DNA of 64,000 nt from Gemmatimonadota bacterium (GTDB lineage Bacteria; Gemmatimonadota; Gemmatimonadetes; Gemmatimonadales; GWC2-71-9). Position numbers and translations under genes: made by a program. This document shows positions 1 through 9,655 of this stretch, in pieces (position 1 is the stretch's first letter; every line of letters begins with the position of its first letter). The notes beneath the pieces are model-generated. The model did not search any database and was not told where the DNA came from. It saw nothing but the letters and a program-made list of their open reading frames with translations. Location: contig JAZDCY010000013.1 of the NCBI GenBank assembly GCA_036679645.1, forward strand, positions 48,419 to 112,418, written 5' to 3'.

Positions 1-137
1 AACTGTCTTGGGCCGTGGGCGTCGCCCGTGTGCCAGGTACTCCGAGAGCGCCGTTCGGGCAATGCGCAGCAGCACCTGTCGATCGTCAGCCCCGAGCAGA
101 GGCCGTGACGAGTGCGCGGTATCCATCATGGGCTCCT

Positions 138-1208
138 CTAGGCAAACACCTCGGCGAGCCGTGCGAGATGCGCATCCGTGAGTCCCTCCATCTCGAAGCA
201 CGCAACGCCGGCGGCGCCCGCGTCGCGCGCCAGTTGCGCCGCCGCCCCCAGCTCGTCCGGAGTCAGGCTCGGCAGATAGAGCCCGGCGTGCAGCGGTGCC
301 CCTGACGCCAGCGCGCTCACTCCTGCGCGAGTCGCCTCGGCGATCCACGATACGGGTTCCTCGTAGAACGAGTGGTACTGCATGGGGAAGAACGCATCGA
401 GCGGCCACCGGTCCCACGCCTGCCGCACCAGCTGGCGAGCGATCGACGGCGTGGGGAAGACCGCGGCCGTGATCGTCTTTCCGCGCGCGTGTACCGCACG
501 AGCCAGCCCTTGCACGCATTCGGTCAACGTGTTCCAGCGGAACGTGCGCCAGGCAAGATGAGCGGGCGCATCGTCGAGTGTCATCGGGTCAACGCCGCTC
601 TGTGCCTGAAACGTGGCGCGGCACACATCGCAGTAGCAGAAATCGAACTCGGCGTGCTCCCGATCTTGTACCAGATCGTACTTCTCCCAGAGGCCAATCG
701 GGAGAATCACGTCGGAGAACCGAATGTAGTCTAGGTGCACCCCATCTACGCCCGGATGCTCGGCCACGCGGCCGACGAGATCCTGCAGGTAGGCGCGGAC
801 CGGGGGCCGCGTGGGACATACCCACTTGTAGTAGCCCACGTACGGCGGCTTCTCGAGCGTAGAGTCGCCGTTACGGCTGATCGTGAACCACTCCGGGTGG
901 TGCTCCTGCGCCCAGGCATCGCCGTTACGGTTCAGAATCCAGAGCCAGCGATGAAAGGTAAGCCCCGACGCGTGGGCGGCGTCGGCGAGGATTGCCGTAT
1001 CGCCTCCGGACACTAGTACGCCGGTGATTCCGCTTTCCCGCAGCCGGGCAAAGCGCTCGCGCCACTCGGCGGGCTCCCGCTCACGTCCACCGTGGACCCA
1101 GGTCCAGCCGGCGAACGTGCGCGATGGTCCGGCCATCGACTTGATGGGAACCACGCCCACCGCAGCCGCCGCTTGCGCGACCGTCCCGACGAACTCGCGT
1201 CGTCTCAT
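138..1208 (-). CDS. Tat-exported glycoside hydrolase-like protein (GHL10/DUF187 family)
   Basis: Twin-arginine signal MRRREFV; motifs HPEW and VDGVHLDYIR; TIM-barrel size. Confidence 0.8.
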   Translation of the reverse strand: MRRREFVGTVAQAAAAVGVVPIKSMAGPSRTFAGWTWVHGGREREPAEWRERFARLRESGITGVLVSGGDTAILADAAHASGLTFHRWLWILNRNGDAWAQEHHPEWFTISRNGDSTLEKPPYVGYYKWVCPTRPPVRAYLQDLVGRVAEHPGVDGVHLDYIRFSDVILPIGLWEKYDLVQDREHAEFDFCYCDVCRATFQAQSGVDPMTLDDAPAHLAWRTFRWNTLTECVQGLARAVHARGKTITAAVFPTPSIARQLVRQAWDRWPLDAFFPMQYHSFYEEPVSWIAEATRAGVSALASGAPLHAGLYLPSLTPDELGAAAQLARDAGAAGVACFEMEGLTDAHLARLAEVFA

Positions 1209-1942
1209 GACTCGCTCTCAGCGCGCAGCTCCGCCCGCAGCCGCTCCAGCTCACGTTTGGCCGTCTCGGCCTGGGGGTGCTCCGGGAACCGCTCGACGAG
1301 GAGCGCAAGTTCCGGCAGAGCCTTCCGCGGAGTGTCGAGCTTGTTGCGATACAGCTCGATGATCTCCTGTGAGACCATGAGGCGGCGACCCATGTCGATG
1401 GCCGCATCTACGCGAGCGCGCTTGAACCACTGGAGCGAACGCTCGTAGTCCTCGAGCCCATCGCGATACATCCGCGCAATGCGAATGTACGGGTCGGGGT
1501 CTTCCGGAAACTCGGCCACGGCCAGCTCGTACGCGTCCACCGCTTCCGAATACAGCCCGCGCTTGGAGAGACTCTGCGCGTGGGAGTACTCACGCACAGC
1601 GGGCGTCGATTTGCCGGAGGGATTATGGAGTTTCCCCGCGACGGCTGCGCCACCGCGGGAAATGTTCAACGATAAGATCGAGACAGCAACGCCGGCGAGT
1701 ACACCTCCAAGCCACATGTAGTAGATGACCGGTGGCCCTATACCGGCGATCGCTGCGGCGATGCTACTCACGAAGATGGTTATGGCCGCCACATAGGCAC
1801 CCCATACGATCCCCTGGAGGCGGAAGGCGCGTTCCGCCAAATTTGTGTCCTTCACCTTGCCTTTTGGGCGTTCCGTGAACGTCCGCTTCGGAGGTGGGAT
1901 GCGCGGTGGCACGTCTCTGGGCGTATCGGGCTCGGACATCAT
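1205..1942 (-). CDS. Membrane protein with C-terminal TPR region
   Basis: Two TM segments then TPR-like helices (YSEAVDAYELAVAEFPEDP; LVERFPEHPQA); start placed at the ATG after a GGAG RBS; stop overlaps the next start. Confidence 0.65.
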   Translation of the reverse strand: MMSEPDTPRDVPPRIPPPKRTFTERPKGKVKDTNLAERAFRLQGIVWGAYVAAITIFVSSIAAAIAGIGPPVIYYMWLGGVLAGVAVSILSLNISRGGAAVAGKLHNPSGKSTPAVREYSHAQSLSKRGLYSEAVDAYELAVAEFPEDPDPYIRIARMYRDGLEDYERSLQWFKRARVDAAIDMGRRLMVSQEIIELYRNKLDTPRKALPELALLVERFPEHPQAETAKRELERLRAELRAESES

Positions 1943-1966
1943 GGCTCCATTGGCGATGGCCCGCAC

Positions 1967-2740
1967 TCAAGATGCGCCCGCGCCGCGCGCCGCGCGAGCG
2001 GTACCGGGCCGGCCACGCCACAGCGTGAAGGGCCAGCCCCACAGCTCGCGCTGGCTGCACGGAGCAAACACCCGCCGTGACGCGTTGGACCCCATGATCA
2101 CGAACACGCCGTAGACGAGCAGCCCGGTCGCCATGAGCAGGACACCGGCCGCGTTCTGCATGGGCAGAAGATCCATGCGCCCGCTCGCGTTGAACGCCAT
2201 CCAGTCCCACAGGAAATGCCATGTCGTGGCAACGGTGGCGCATCCCACGAGCCACCAGGGCCACCGAGCCGCGCGCATCCTGGCCAGGCCAATCCCGAAG
2301 CACGCAATCCCGCCCAGCACGAGATGGCCGAGCACACGGACGACCTCGGTTGCCGGCAGCACGTCTGGAAGGACGGGCAGGTACATCATGCGGTCGACCG
2401 ATTCCGCCACCGCCATCCCGACACCCAGCACGGAGCCGTAGACCAGCCCGTCCATGGGATCGTTGAACTGCGACGGGACGAGGAACGCAAAGGCGCCTAC
2501 CAGGAGGAGTCGGAGTCCCTCCTCATGGGTGGCGGCGACGAGCGCCACCTGCGTCAGCGAGGGATCCGCGATTGCGCTAAGAGTGAGCTCCTCGAGCACC
2601 GCCGCCAACCACATCGCGGCAACACCGACGAGGGCGGTGATGACCAGCAGGAAGACAGGCTCCCGCTCGTACAGGTCGTAGCGGTACACGAGGAGCCCAG
2701 CGAGAAGGGCACAGCACAACAGGGTCAGATAGAGGATCAT
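1967..2740 (-). CDS. prsW: PrsW-family intramembrane glutamic protease
   Basis: YDLYEREP N-terminus, EExxR, DGLVYG..GMAVAES and HFLWD motifs; multiple TM segments. Confidence 0.8.
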   Translation of the reverse strand: MILYLTLLCCALLAGLLVYRYDLYEREPVFLLVITALVGVAAMWLAAVLEELTLSAIADPSLTQVALVAATHEEGLRLLLVGAFAFLVPSQFNDPMDGLVYGSVLGVGMAVAESVDRMMYLPVLPDVLPATEVVRVLGHLVLGGIACFGIGLARMRAARWPWWLVGCATVATTWHFLWDWMAFNASGRMDLLPMQNAAGVLLMATGLLVYGVFVIMGSNASRRVFAPCSQRELWGWPFTLWRGRPGTARAARGAGAS

Positions 2741-3984
2741 GTGACGGCCCGATCGCCACTACGCTCACCCATAAGTGCCTCGAGGAGACGTATCACCTCT
2801 TTGACCCCATCGACCCTTCCCAACTGAGAAGCGATGGCACGGGCGCGGCTCGCGTAGCCGTCGTTGCCGACGAGATCCCGCAGAAGTGTGGTGACTTGGC
2901 GCCGCCGGATGCGCTGCACCGGCACGCCGCGCGGCCCGATGCCCAGTACCCGAACACGATGGGCCCAGTAATACTGGTCGAGCAGGTGCGGGAGGATGAG
3001 CTGCGGTAGCCCTGCAAGCGCAACCGCTGTCGTCGTCCCTGCGCCGCCGTGGTGAACGACGGCGCGAACCCGCGGAAGAAGCTTCGTGTGCGGTGCCCGA
3101 CCGATCGTGCGGCACCCGTCTCCTAGATCCAGTTCGTCCGGGCGCATGCCAGTCCACCCCGTCTGCACGAGCAACCGGCAGCCGACGTCGCGAGCGGCAC
3201 GCGCAAAGAGGTGCATCACCTCACGGGCCCTGTCCGAGACCATGCTCCCGAACCCCAGCAGCACCGGTGCCGGACCGGCGTCGAGAAAACGCGCAAGATC
3301 GTCATCGAGGGCTTCCTCGGAGCGCAGCCGCAACGCACCCGTGACATGCACGTTGGCGGGGAAATCCGGTGGAGGAGTTGCCAGCACGGGCTCCGCCGCA
3401 AGCATGAGCGGAATTTCGGTCAGGTGCTCCATGACGTCCCCGATGCGTGGTAGGCCGAGGCGCTTCCGACCCCGACCGATCGCCTTCCCTAGCGCGCCTT
3501 TAGACATCACGCCAAACAGCCGCCAAAGCACCCGATTGATCGCGTGCGGCAGTCGCTGGTTTTTCACGAAGAACGGCGGATGGTAGGCGCTCGGGATCGT
3601 CACGGGTACGTACGCGACATACGCGTACGGCGTCCCCGACAGCTCGGCAACCGAGCGGGCGGCAAACTGGACTCCTGCTCCGACCACGAGGTCGGCGCCG
3701 TCACAGATCGCGGGCAACTTCTCGAAGTGCAGCGGAATCAGTTCCCGCACGAGATAGCCCGTCTGATAGACGAAGTTCGCCGCCGCATCGCCCACGTCGC
3801 GCATGAAGCGCTCAACGTCCGTGCCGACAGGCTCAAACGCCAGGCCTTGTGCCGTGGCCCATGCACCGAAGTTCTCCGGGCCAGCCAGCAGCACGTCGTG
3901 GCCACGCTCAACCAGGCCGCGGCCCAGCGCGATCATCGGCTGGATATCCCCACGTGTCCCAAAGGGTGCTAGAACGACTCTCAT
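2737..3984 (-). CDS. GT1 glycosyltransferase (GtfB/sterol glucosyltransferase-like)
   Basis: Starts MRVVLAPFGTRGDIQP; GFGSM and HHGGAGTT...DQYYW signature. Confidence 0.88.
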   Translation of the reverse strand: MRVVLAPFGTRGDIQPMIALGRGLVERGHDVLLAGPENFGAWATAQGLAFEPVGTDVERFMRDVGDAAANFVYQTGYLVRELIPLHFEKLPAICDGADLVVGAGVQFAARSVAELSGTPYAYVAYVPVTIPSAYHPPFFVKNQRLPHAINRVLWRLFGVMSKGALGKAIGRGRKRLGLPRIGDVMEHLTEIPLMLAAEPVLATPPPDFPANVHVTGALRLRSEEALDDDLARFLDAGPAPVLLGFGSMVSDRAREVMHLFARAARDVGCRLLVQTGWTGMRPDELDLGDGCRTIGRAPHTKLLPRVRAVVHHGGAGTTTAVALAGLPQLILPHLLDQYYWAHRVRVLGIGPRGVPVQRIRRRQVTTLLRDLVGNDGYASRARAIASQLGRVDGVKEVIRLLEALMGERSGDRAVT

Positions 3985-4106
3985 ACGCGGCCGAAAGATA
4001 CGTCGCTCGCCGCCCGATACGCGCCGCCTGCGTCGCGGAGATACCCGTTGGGTCACCCAGTCTTGGATCATCGCCTACCCGGAGGTAGACTCCCTCGAGC
4101 TACGTC

Positions 4107-5150
4107 ATGTACTCCACCTGTATCTTTTGTACCCGACCTCTCGGCAGCAACGAGCTCGTCGAGCACTTCCCCGTCGGCCGGCGTCTCGCGTTCGACCCGG
4201 CCAAAGGGCGCCTCTGGGTCGTGTGTAAGAGGTGTGAACGCTGGAATCTCTCGCCGCTGGAGGAGCGGTGGGAGGCATTCGAGGAGTGTGAGCGCCTCTT
4301 CCAAGGCACGCGCATGCGGATGTCGACAGACAACGTCGGGCTCGCGCGTTTCACAGAGGGACTCGAGCTAGTGCGCATCGGCGAACCGCTGCGGCCCGAG
4401 TTTGCCGCGTGGCGCTACGGCGATCAGTTCGGACGGCGGCGCAAGCGCGCGATGCTCTGGACCGGGGCGGGGATCGTGGCCTTTGGCGCCGTGGCTGTGG
4501 GCGCGGCCGCAGCAGGGGTCGGCGTGGGGATGATGGGGCAACTGCCGAACATGCTCATCAACATTCCCGTACGGGCCCGGATCCGCACGAAAGACGGTCG
4601 CGTGTTGAAGCTCCGCAACCAGAACCTCCAGAAGACGAGAATTCTCACCGAGTCGGACGCGGGAGAGTGGGCAATCAAGGTGAAGCACTCGAAAGGCACC
4701 GAGACATTTCATGGTGCGGAGGCACAGCATGTAGCGGGGATCATCCTGCCAAAGCTGAATTACATGGCTGGGTCGAAAAAGGTCGTGAAGAACGCGGTGG
4801 AGCGCATCGAGGCCGCCGGCGATCCGGAAGTGTACCTCGCGGGTCTCACCGACCAGGTACGCCGCATGGGAGAGTATCGGCCCGGAATACCCGCCGTCTC
4901 GAAGAGGAAGGTTGGTCTCGTCAGGTATCTCCCGCGGGACGCGCGGCTGGCCCTCGAGATGGCGCTCCACGAGGAGCAGGAACGTCTCGCTCTCGCGGGC
5001 GAACTGGTGGAGCTGGAACTCGCGTGGCGCGAGGCCGAGGAGATAGCGAACATCGCCGACAACATGTTCGTGCCCAAGAAACACGAGGAATTCATCGAGC
5101 AACACCGAGCGCCCCAGCAGACGGCCACCCCCGAGGGACCGGCGGAGTAG
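4107..5150 (+). CDS. Conserved hypothetical membrane protein with N-terminal Cys zinc-ribbon
   Basis: CIFC...CKRC, one TM segment, GGAGG RBS, coding-like bias. Confidence 0.7.
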   Translation: MYSTCIFCTRPLGSNELVEHFPVGRRLAFDPAKGRLWVVCKRCERWNLSPLEERWEAFEECERLFQGTRMRMSTDNVGLARFTEGLELVRIGEPLRPEFAAWRYGDQFGRRRKRAMLWTGAGIVAFGAVAVGAAAAGVGVGMMGQLPNMLINIPVRARIRTKDGRVLKLRNQNLQKTRILTESDAGEWAIKVKHSKGTETFHGAEAQHVAGIILPKLNYMAGSKKVVKNAVERIEAAGDPEVYLAGLTDQVRRMGEYRPGIPAVSKRKVGLVRYLPRDARLALEMALHEEQERLALAGELVELELAWREAEEIANIADNMFVPKKHEEFIEQHRAPQQTATPEGPAE

Positions 5151-5352
5151 ACCTTCGCCCCATCGGATTCACGCCGCACCCCTTGAGATCCCGCCATTCT
5201 GTCGCAGATTAGCCACGCTCCGGCCCGGGAGGCCGGGACGCCGGTGTCGAACCGCCGCCCCACCCCTTTCAGACGGTCGCGTCGGCGTGGGTGCCGGAAC
5301 GGCCCCGAAGTTGCCCTTTAATACGGGTTACTCGAACACGGAGTTGGAACAG

Positions 5353-5819
5353 GTGGTGGCAGGCGCACCGTTCAACACTCGCATCAGAGAATCGGCACTG
5401 TTCTTGGCAGCGGTGCTGGTGCTCACTGGTGCCCGGCCGGCAGCGAGCCAGGTGTCGGTCAACGCGACTGCGGGTGCCTCTGCGAATATCATCGGAGTCG
5501 TGCCGTTGGCGGCGACAACCGCCAACGATCTCGCATTCGGCCCCGTCACGGCGGGGACCGACGGCACCGTGGCCAACACCGATGGGGCCCGGTTTCAGAT
5601 CACGGGTGAGCCGGGGTTTCCGCTCAGCGTGACGTTTGCGCTTCCCGCTACGCTTGCGGGTCCTGGCGCGGCCACGATCCCCATTGCGTTTGGCAGCACG
5701 GATGGATTGCTCTGCTGACAGGGAACCTGGAGATCGGCATCAAGGGCACCGTGTCTCCACTCCTCAGCGTTCCCCCCGGGGCCTATACCGGCAGCATCAC
5801 CGTCACGGTGGCGTACTAA
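5353..5819 (+). pseudogene. DUF4402-like secreted beta-sandwich protein, broken near 5715 by a deletion/frameshift
   Basis: Signal peptide and DLAFG motif, then a stop at 5716-5718; another frame continues GNLEIGIKGTVSP...GAYTGSITVTVAY* (stop 5817-5819); start uncertain. Confidence 0.6.
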
Positions 5820-5911
5820 CCGACTGGCATCACCACCGTCAGCGTTTGCATCTGGTCAGCACGCGATGACCAACCCATATTGGTCCGCTAACTCGCACTC
5901 CGACGGTAAAC

Positions 5912-6679
5912 GTGTCGAAGACGATCGGTGACAAGCTGTTGATGATGGCCTCCCTCCTGCTCGTGGCGGGGGCGGTCTTCTATCTCGGCTGGTTGGGGCC
6001 GCGGCAACGCGCGGAGGCGATCGAGCGACTGCTCGCCGAGGCAGTGACGGCCTACCAGCAACGCGACTGCACGACCGCGGCGGAGCGGTTCGCCGGTGTG
6101 CACCGCCGACTCGGCAACGACACGCTGCCGCCAGAAGAAGCCGCGGTCGAGCAGGTCTGCACCGCGTTCCTGGAAGCGCCGGTCGGTGGGATCCGCCGGT
6201 TCCTCTCACACGCCGTGGCGTTGGTGTGCGCAGGGCGCCCGCTCTCGCTGACCGACGACCTCGGGCACACGTACGGCAGCGAGTTCTTCGGCATGATCGA
6301 CACGACCGCCGCGGCAATGTGGGGGGGCGAGCGCATAGACCCGTTCATCCCCGACGAATTCCGTACCGGTAATGTCCGCGATTTCCGGTACGCGGTGTGC
6401 TCGACCGTACAGGAGACGCGCGAGTTGGAGCGGTGCACGTACACGCTCTACCGCGGAGGCAACCCGACCGACGTCCAGCTCATCCGCGCGCAGCAGCTCT
6501 GGCGGGTCCGGCTCGTGGATATCACCCGCCGATCGGTGGTGGCAAGACGGAACTTCTGGGCGAGGAATCCCGGTTCGTGCGAGGAGAACCAATCCCTGTT
6601 GAACCGGGGAACCAGCGTGGTGACCGGGAGCGTCGATACGGCGCGTTTCGCCGCGTGGTTACGGGACCGCGTGCCCTAA
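5912..6679 (+). CDS. Hypothetical membrane-anchored protein
   Basis: 255-aa ORF with N-terminal TM segment and several Cys; coding-like bias. Confidence 0.6.
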   Translation: MSKTIGDKLLMMASLLLVAGAVFYLGWLGPRQRAEAIERLLAEAVTAYQQRDCTTAAERFAGVHRRLGNDTLPPEEAAVEQVCTAFLEAPVGGIRRFLSHAVALVCAGRPLSLTDDLGHTYGSEFFGMIDTTAAAMWGGERIDPFIPDEFRTGNVRDFRYAVCSTVQETRELERCTYTLYRGGNPTDVQLIRAQQLWRVRLVDITRRSVVARRNFWARNPGSCEENQSLLNRGTSVVTGSVDTARFAAWLRDRVP

Positions 6680-6748
6680 GGACGTTTGGTCACGAAACTC
6701 CCGTCAGTGCCCTCCCGTAGGGATCACTGACGCTTCAACGAGAAACCC

Positions 6749-6919
6749 ATGTTCGTCGTACTGAAACGTTTGCTGCAGGCCATCTTGAAGATCGGTCTGT
6801 ACGAATTCCTACGCCGCGTCGGCATGAAAGCGATCCTGCCGCTGATCATGATCGCCGTGGCAGTCGCTCTGATCGTGACCGTGGTGCTGGTCATGTTGAT
6901 CGGGATCGTGCTGTTGTGA
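6749..6919 (+). CDS. Small (56 aa) membrane protein not in the ORF track
   Basis: MFVVLKRLLQAILKIGLYEFLRRVGMKAILPLIMIAVAVALIVTVVLVMLIGIVLL*; strong GC3 bias; amphipathic helix plus TM helix. Confidence 0.65.
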   Translation: MFVVLKRLLQAILKIGLYEFLRRVGMKAILPLIMIAVAVALIVTVVLVMLIGIVLL

Positions 6920-6958
6920 ACGTCTAGCGTTGAGCGTTCACAGACGACCGCCTAGACG

Positions 6959-8269
6959 CTAGCGCCCACCATCGACCGTCATCAGCGTTCGAAGCAGCAC
7001 GTTCGCACCGGCCGTCACATGCTCGGGCGACGTGTACTCCATTGGGGAGTGGCTGATACCTTCGCGACTCGGCACGAAAACCATCCCCACCGGACCAAAC
7101 TGCGCTACGCTCTGCGCGTCGTGTCCCGCTCCACTCGGCATGCGCAGCGTCGTGAGATCGAGACCGCGCGCTTCGCGCTCGATCACGTCGCGCAGCCGGG
7201 GCGTCGTGGGTGCGGCGCGACTCGTGTAGTACCGCTCGAAGGCAACGCTCGTATCGGCCGCAGCCGCGAGCGCGATCGCTTCACCGCGAATCGCGTCGAA
7301 CACCACGTCGATTTTCTCCATCTCGAGGTCTCGGATCTCGAGCGTGAAGGTCACACGCCCCGGTATGACGTTCGCCGCACCTGGCTCCACCTCGAGCCGT
7401 CCTACTGTCGCGACCTGTCGACCCGGTGTCGCGCGCGCGATGCGGTAGACGGCGTCGATGATCCGCGCGGCAGCTACCAGGGCATCACGACGCTGATCCA
7501 TCGGTGTCGTGCCCGCATGGTTGGCGAGCCCGTCGACCGTCACCGTCCATCGCTTGATGCCCACGATCCCCTGCACGACACCGATGTCGATGTCTTCCCT
7601 CTCGAGGATGGCCCCCTGTTCGATGTGTAGTTCCAGATACGCCGCGATACTTCCCGGCCGGCGCACAACCTCGGCGAGCCGAGCCGGATCGCCTCCGATG
7701 CGGCGCGTGCCGTCAGCGATGGTGAAACCACTCGCGGTGACCACGTCGAGTTCAACGAGTTCGACTTCGCCGGATAGTGCTCGGCTGCCCGTCTTGCCAC
7801 CTTCCTCGTTCGACCAAATCACGAACTCGAGCGGATGCCGCGTGCGGTGATCGGAATCGCTGAATGTCATCGCGATCTCGAGAGCGGCCATGGACCCCAC
7901 CTGCCCATCGTAGTTGCCTCCCGACGGGACGGAATCGATGTGCGAGCCCAGCATCAGAGGTGGGAGAGTCGCGTCGTTGCCCGGGCGGCGACCGATGAGG
8001 TTGCCCGCGTAATCGACGGTGACATCCAATCCGGCTTCGCGCATGCGTGCTGTCACCCAGTCGCGGGCGGCCAGGTCGTCGTCACTGTAAGCTACTCGGC
8101 TGGTGCCTCCCTCAGACGTGCCGCCGAAACGAGCCAACTCGGTAAGCCGCCGGTTGAGGCGCACCCCGTCCACGAGCATGGAGCCCACTCGATCTCGCAA
8201 CCGCCACCTGACCCCGAAGGCTCCGATGACCACGGTTCCGCCAAGACGTGAGAAGTCTCTCCGGTTCAC
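6959..8269 (-). CDS. M20 Zn-dependent hydrolase (N-carbamoyl-L-amino acid/allantoate amidohydrolase-like)
   Basis: GSHIDSV, GNYDG, NEEG, ELHIEQG, NHAGT, SGAGHD and SHSP motifs; GTG start with Tat-like NRRDF. Confidence 0.88.
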   Translation of the reverse strand: MNRRDFSRLGGTVVIGAFGVRWRLRDRVGSMLVDGVRLNRRLTELARFGGTSEGGTSRVAYSDDDLAARDWVTARMREAGLDVTVDYAGNLIGRRPGNDATLPPLMLGSHIDSVPSGGNYDGQVGSMAALEIAMTFSDSDHRTRHPLEFVIWSNEEGGKTGSRALSGEVELVELDVVTASGFTIADGTRRIGGDPARLAEVVRRPGSIAAYLELHIEQGAILEREDIDIGVVQGIVGIKRWTVTVDGLANHAGTTPMDQRRDALVAAARIIDAVYRIARATPGRQVATVGRLEVEPGAANVIPGRVTFTLEIRDLEMEKIDVVFDAIRGEAIALAAAADTSVAFERYYTSRAAPTTPRLRDVIEREARGLDLTTLRMPSGAGHDAQSVAQFGPVGMVFVPSREGISHSPMEYTSPEHVTAGANVLLRTLMTVDGGR

Positions 8270-8300
8270 GAGCCGAACGGCATGGCGTATCCCAAGCCTC

Positions 8301-9539
8301 TCACGATCGCAGACCGACGGTTGCGTCAGGGGGCCGCGACCGGCCGAGCAATACCGCAACGGTCATGTCCGCCGTAACGTTCGCGGTCGTAATGAACATG
8401 TCGGGAATCAGGTCGAGGGCGATGAGCAGGCCGATCCCCTCGACCGGGAGGTTCAGGGCCACGTAAATTGGCGTCATGATGAACAGACCGCCACTTGGAA
8501 CGCCCGGCGAATAGAAGCTGAGCGCGGCAATCGCAGCGGTGATGGCGGCAATTTCCGCGGGACCGAGGTCGATGCCGTACAACCGTGCGATGAAGAACGT
8601 GCCCGTCATCCGGCCAATGGGCGAAGCGAACTTGAACAGCGAAGCGGCCACGGGGATCACGATCCCGCTCACGTGCGGGGCGAGCCGGAGATCGCGCTCC
8701 ACCCCATCCAACATCGCCGGGAGGGAGGCCAACGACGACCTGGTGCTGAAGGCCACCGCCTGCGCCGGAGCGCACGCGCGCGCGAACTGCCGCAGGGGAA
8801 CCCCGCCGCCCACCACCGCGATCGGATAGAGAGCCGCGAGCCCAAGCGAGACCAGACCACAGACGACCAGCAGGAAGACACCCAGGGCACCCACCAGTTC
8901 CGCGCCCGTGCGAGCCGCCAGCGGCAACACCAGGAAGAACACACCCACCGGTGCCACGAACAGAATCCATTCGACGATGACGATCATGGCCCGCGAAACG
9001 GCGTCGAAGAAACTCACCAACGGCCGTCGGTGCGCGGCATCCAGCCGCGTGACGGCTAGCGCCAGGGCGGACGTGAACACGATCAGCGGTAGCAAAGCGC
9101 CATCCGCCGCCGCTTTCACCGGGTTGGCGGGAATCAAGTTCACGATCCAGTCCCGGAAAGGTGGCAGTTCCACCTGCGCGCTGGGTGCCGCGTCCCGGAG
9201 GTGGGCGAACGCCTCCGCATCGAAATGCGCCAGCCCGAGCAGAGGCGGTGCAACCAGTGCGGTGATCAGGGCCCCACCGGCAACGAGCATCCCGAACAGC
9301 GCGAGTGCCCGGCCGCCGATACGCCCCCCCCGGCCGGCCGAACTGGAGGCGATCGCGGTGATGAGCAATGAGACGACGAGGGGAATCACCGTCATGCGGA
9401 TTGCATTGACCCACAGCGCACCGATGGGCTCGACCGTCGACACTACCCGGAGCAGCGTCGGGCTCTTCGCCCACGACACGGCCACGCCGGCAATGAGACC
9501 GGCGACCAACGCGGCGAGGACTCGGGACGTTTTCGACAT
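8301..9539 (-). CDS. Dicarboxylate/amino acid:cation symporter (DAACS, GltP-like)
   Basis: NLIPANP, AFSTRSSLASLP, GVPSG and DMFITTANVTAD motifs. Confidence 0.9.
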   Translation of the reverse strand: MSKTSRVLAALVAGLIAGVAVSWAKSPTLLRVVSTVEPIGALWVNAIRMTVIPLVVSLLITAIASSSAGRGGRIGGRALALFGMLVAGGALITALVAPPLLGLAHFDAEAFAHLRDAAPSAQVELPPFRDWIVNLIPANPVKAAADGALLPLIVFTSALALAVTRLDAAHRRPLVSFFDAVSRAMIVIVEWILFVAPVGVFFLVLPLAARTGAELVGALGVFLLVVCGLVSLGLAALYPIAVVGGGVPLRQFARACAPAQAVAFSTRSSLASLPAMLDGVERDLRLAPHVSGIVIPVAASLFKFASPIGRMTGTFFIARLYGIDLGPAEIAAITAAIAALSFYSPGVPSGGLFIMTPIYVALNLPVEGIGLLIALDLIPDMFITTANVTADMTVAVLLGRSRPPDATVGLRS

Positions 9540-9655
9540 GATGGGCGAGCGAGACCAAATGTGCGCTCAGTGTCCGCGGACCGTCAACGTTCCCCTGGCA
9601 GGGGCCCGTGCGCACCCGTACTCTTCCCTGGATACGCAGCCGAGGAGGTTGGAGT

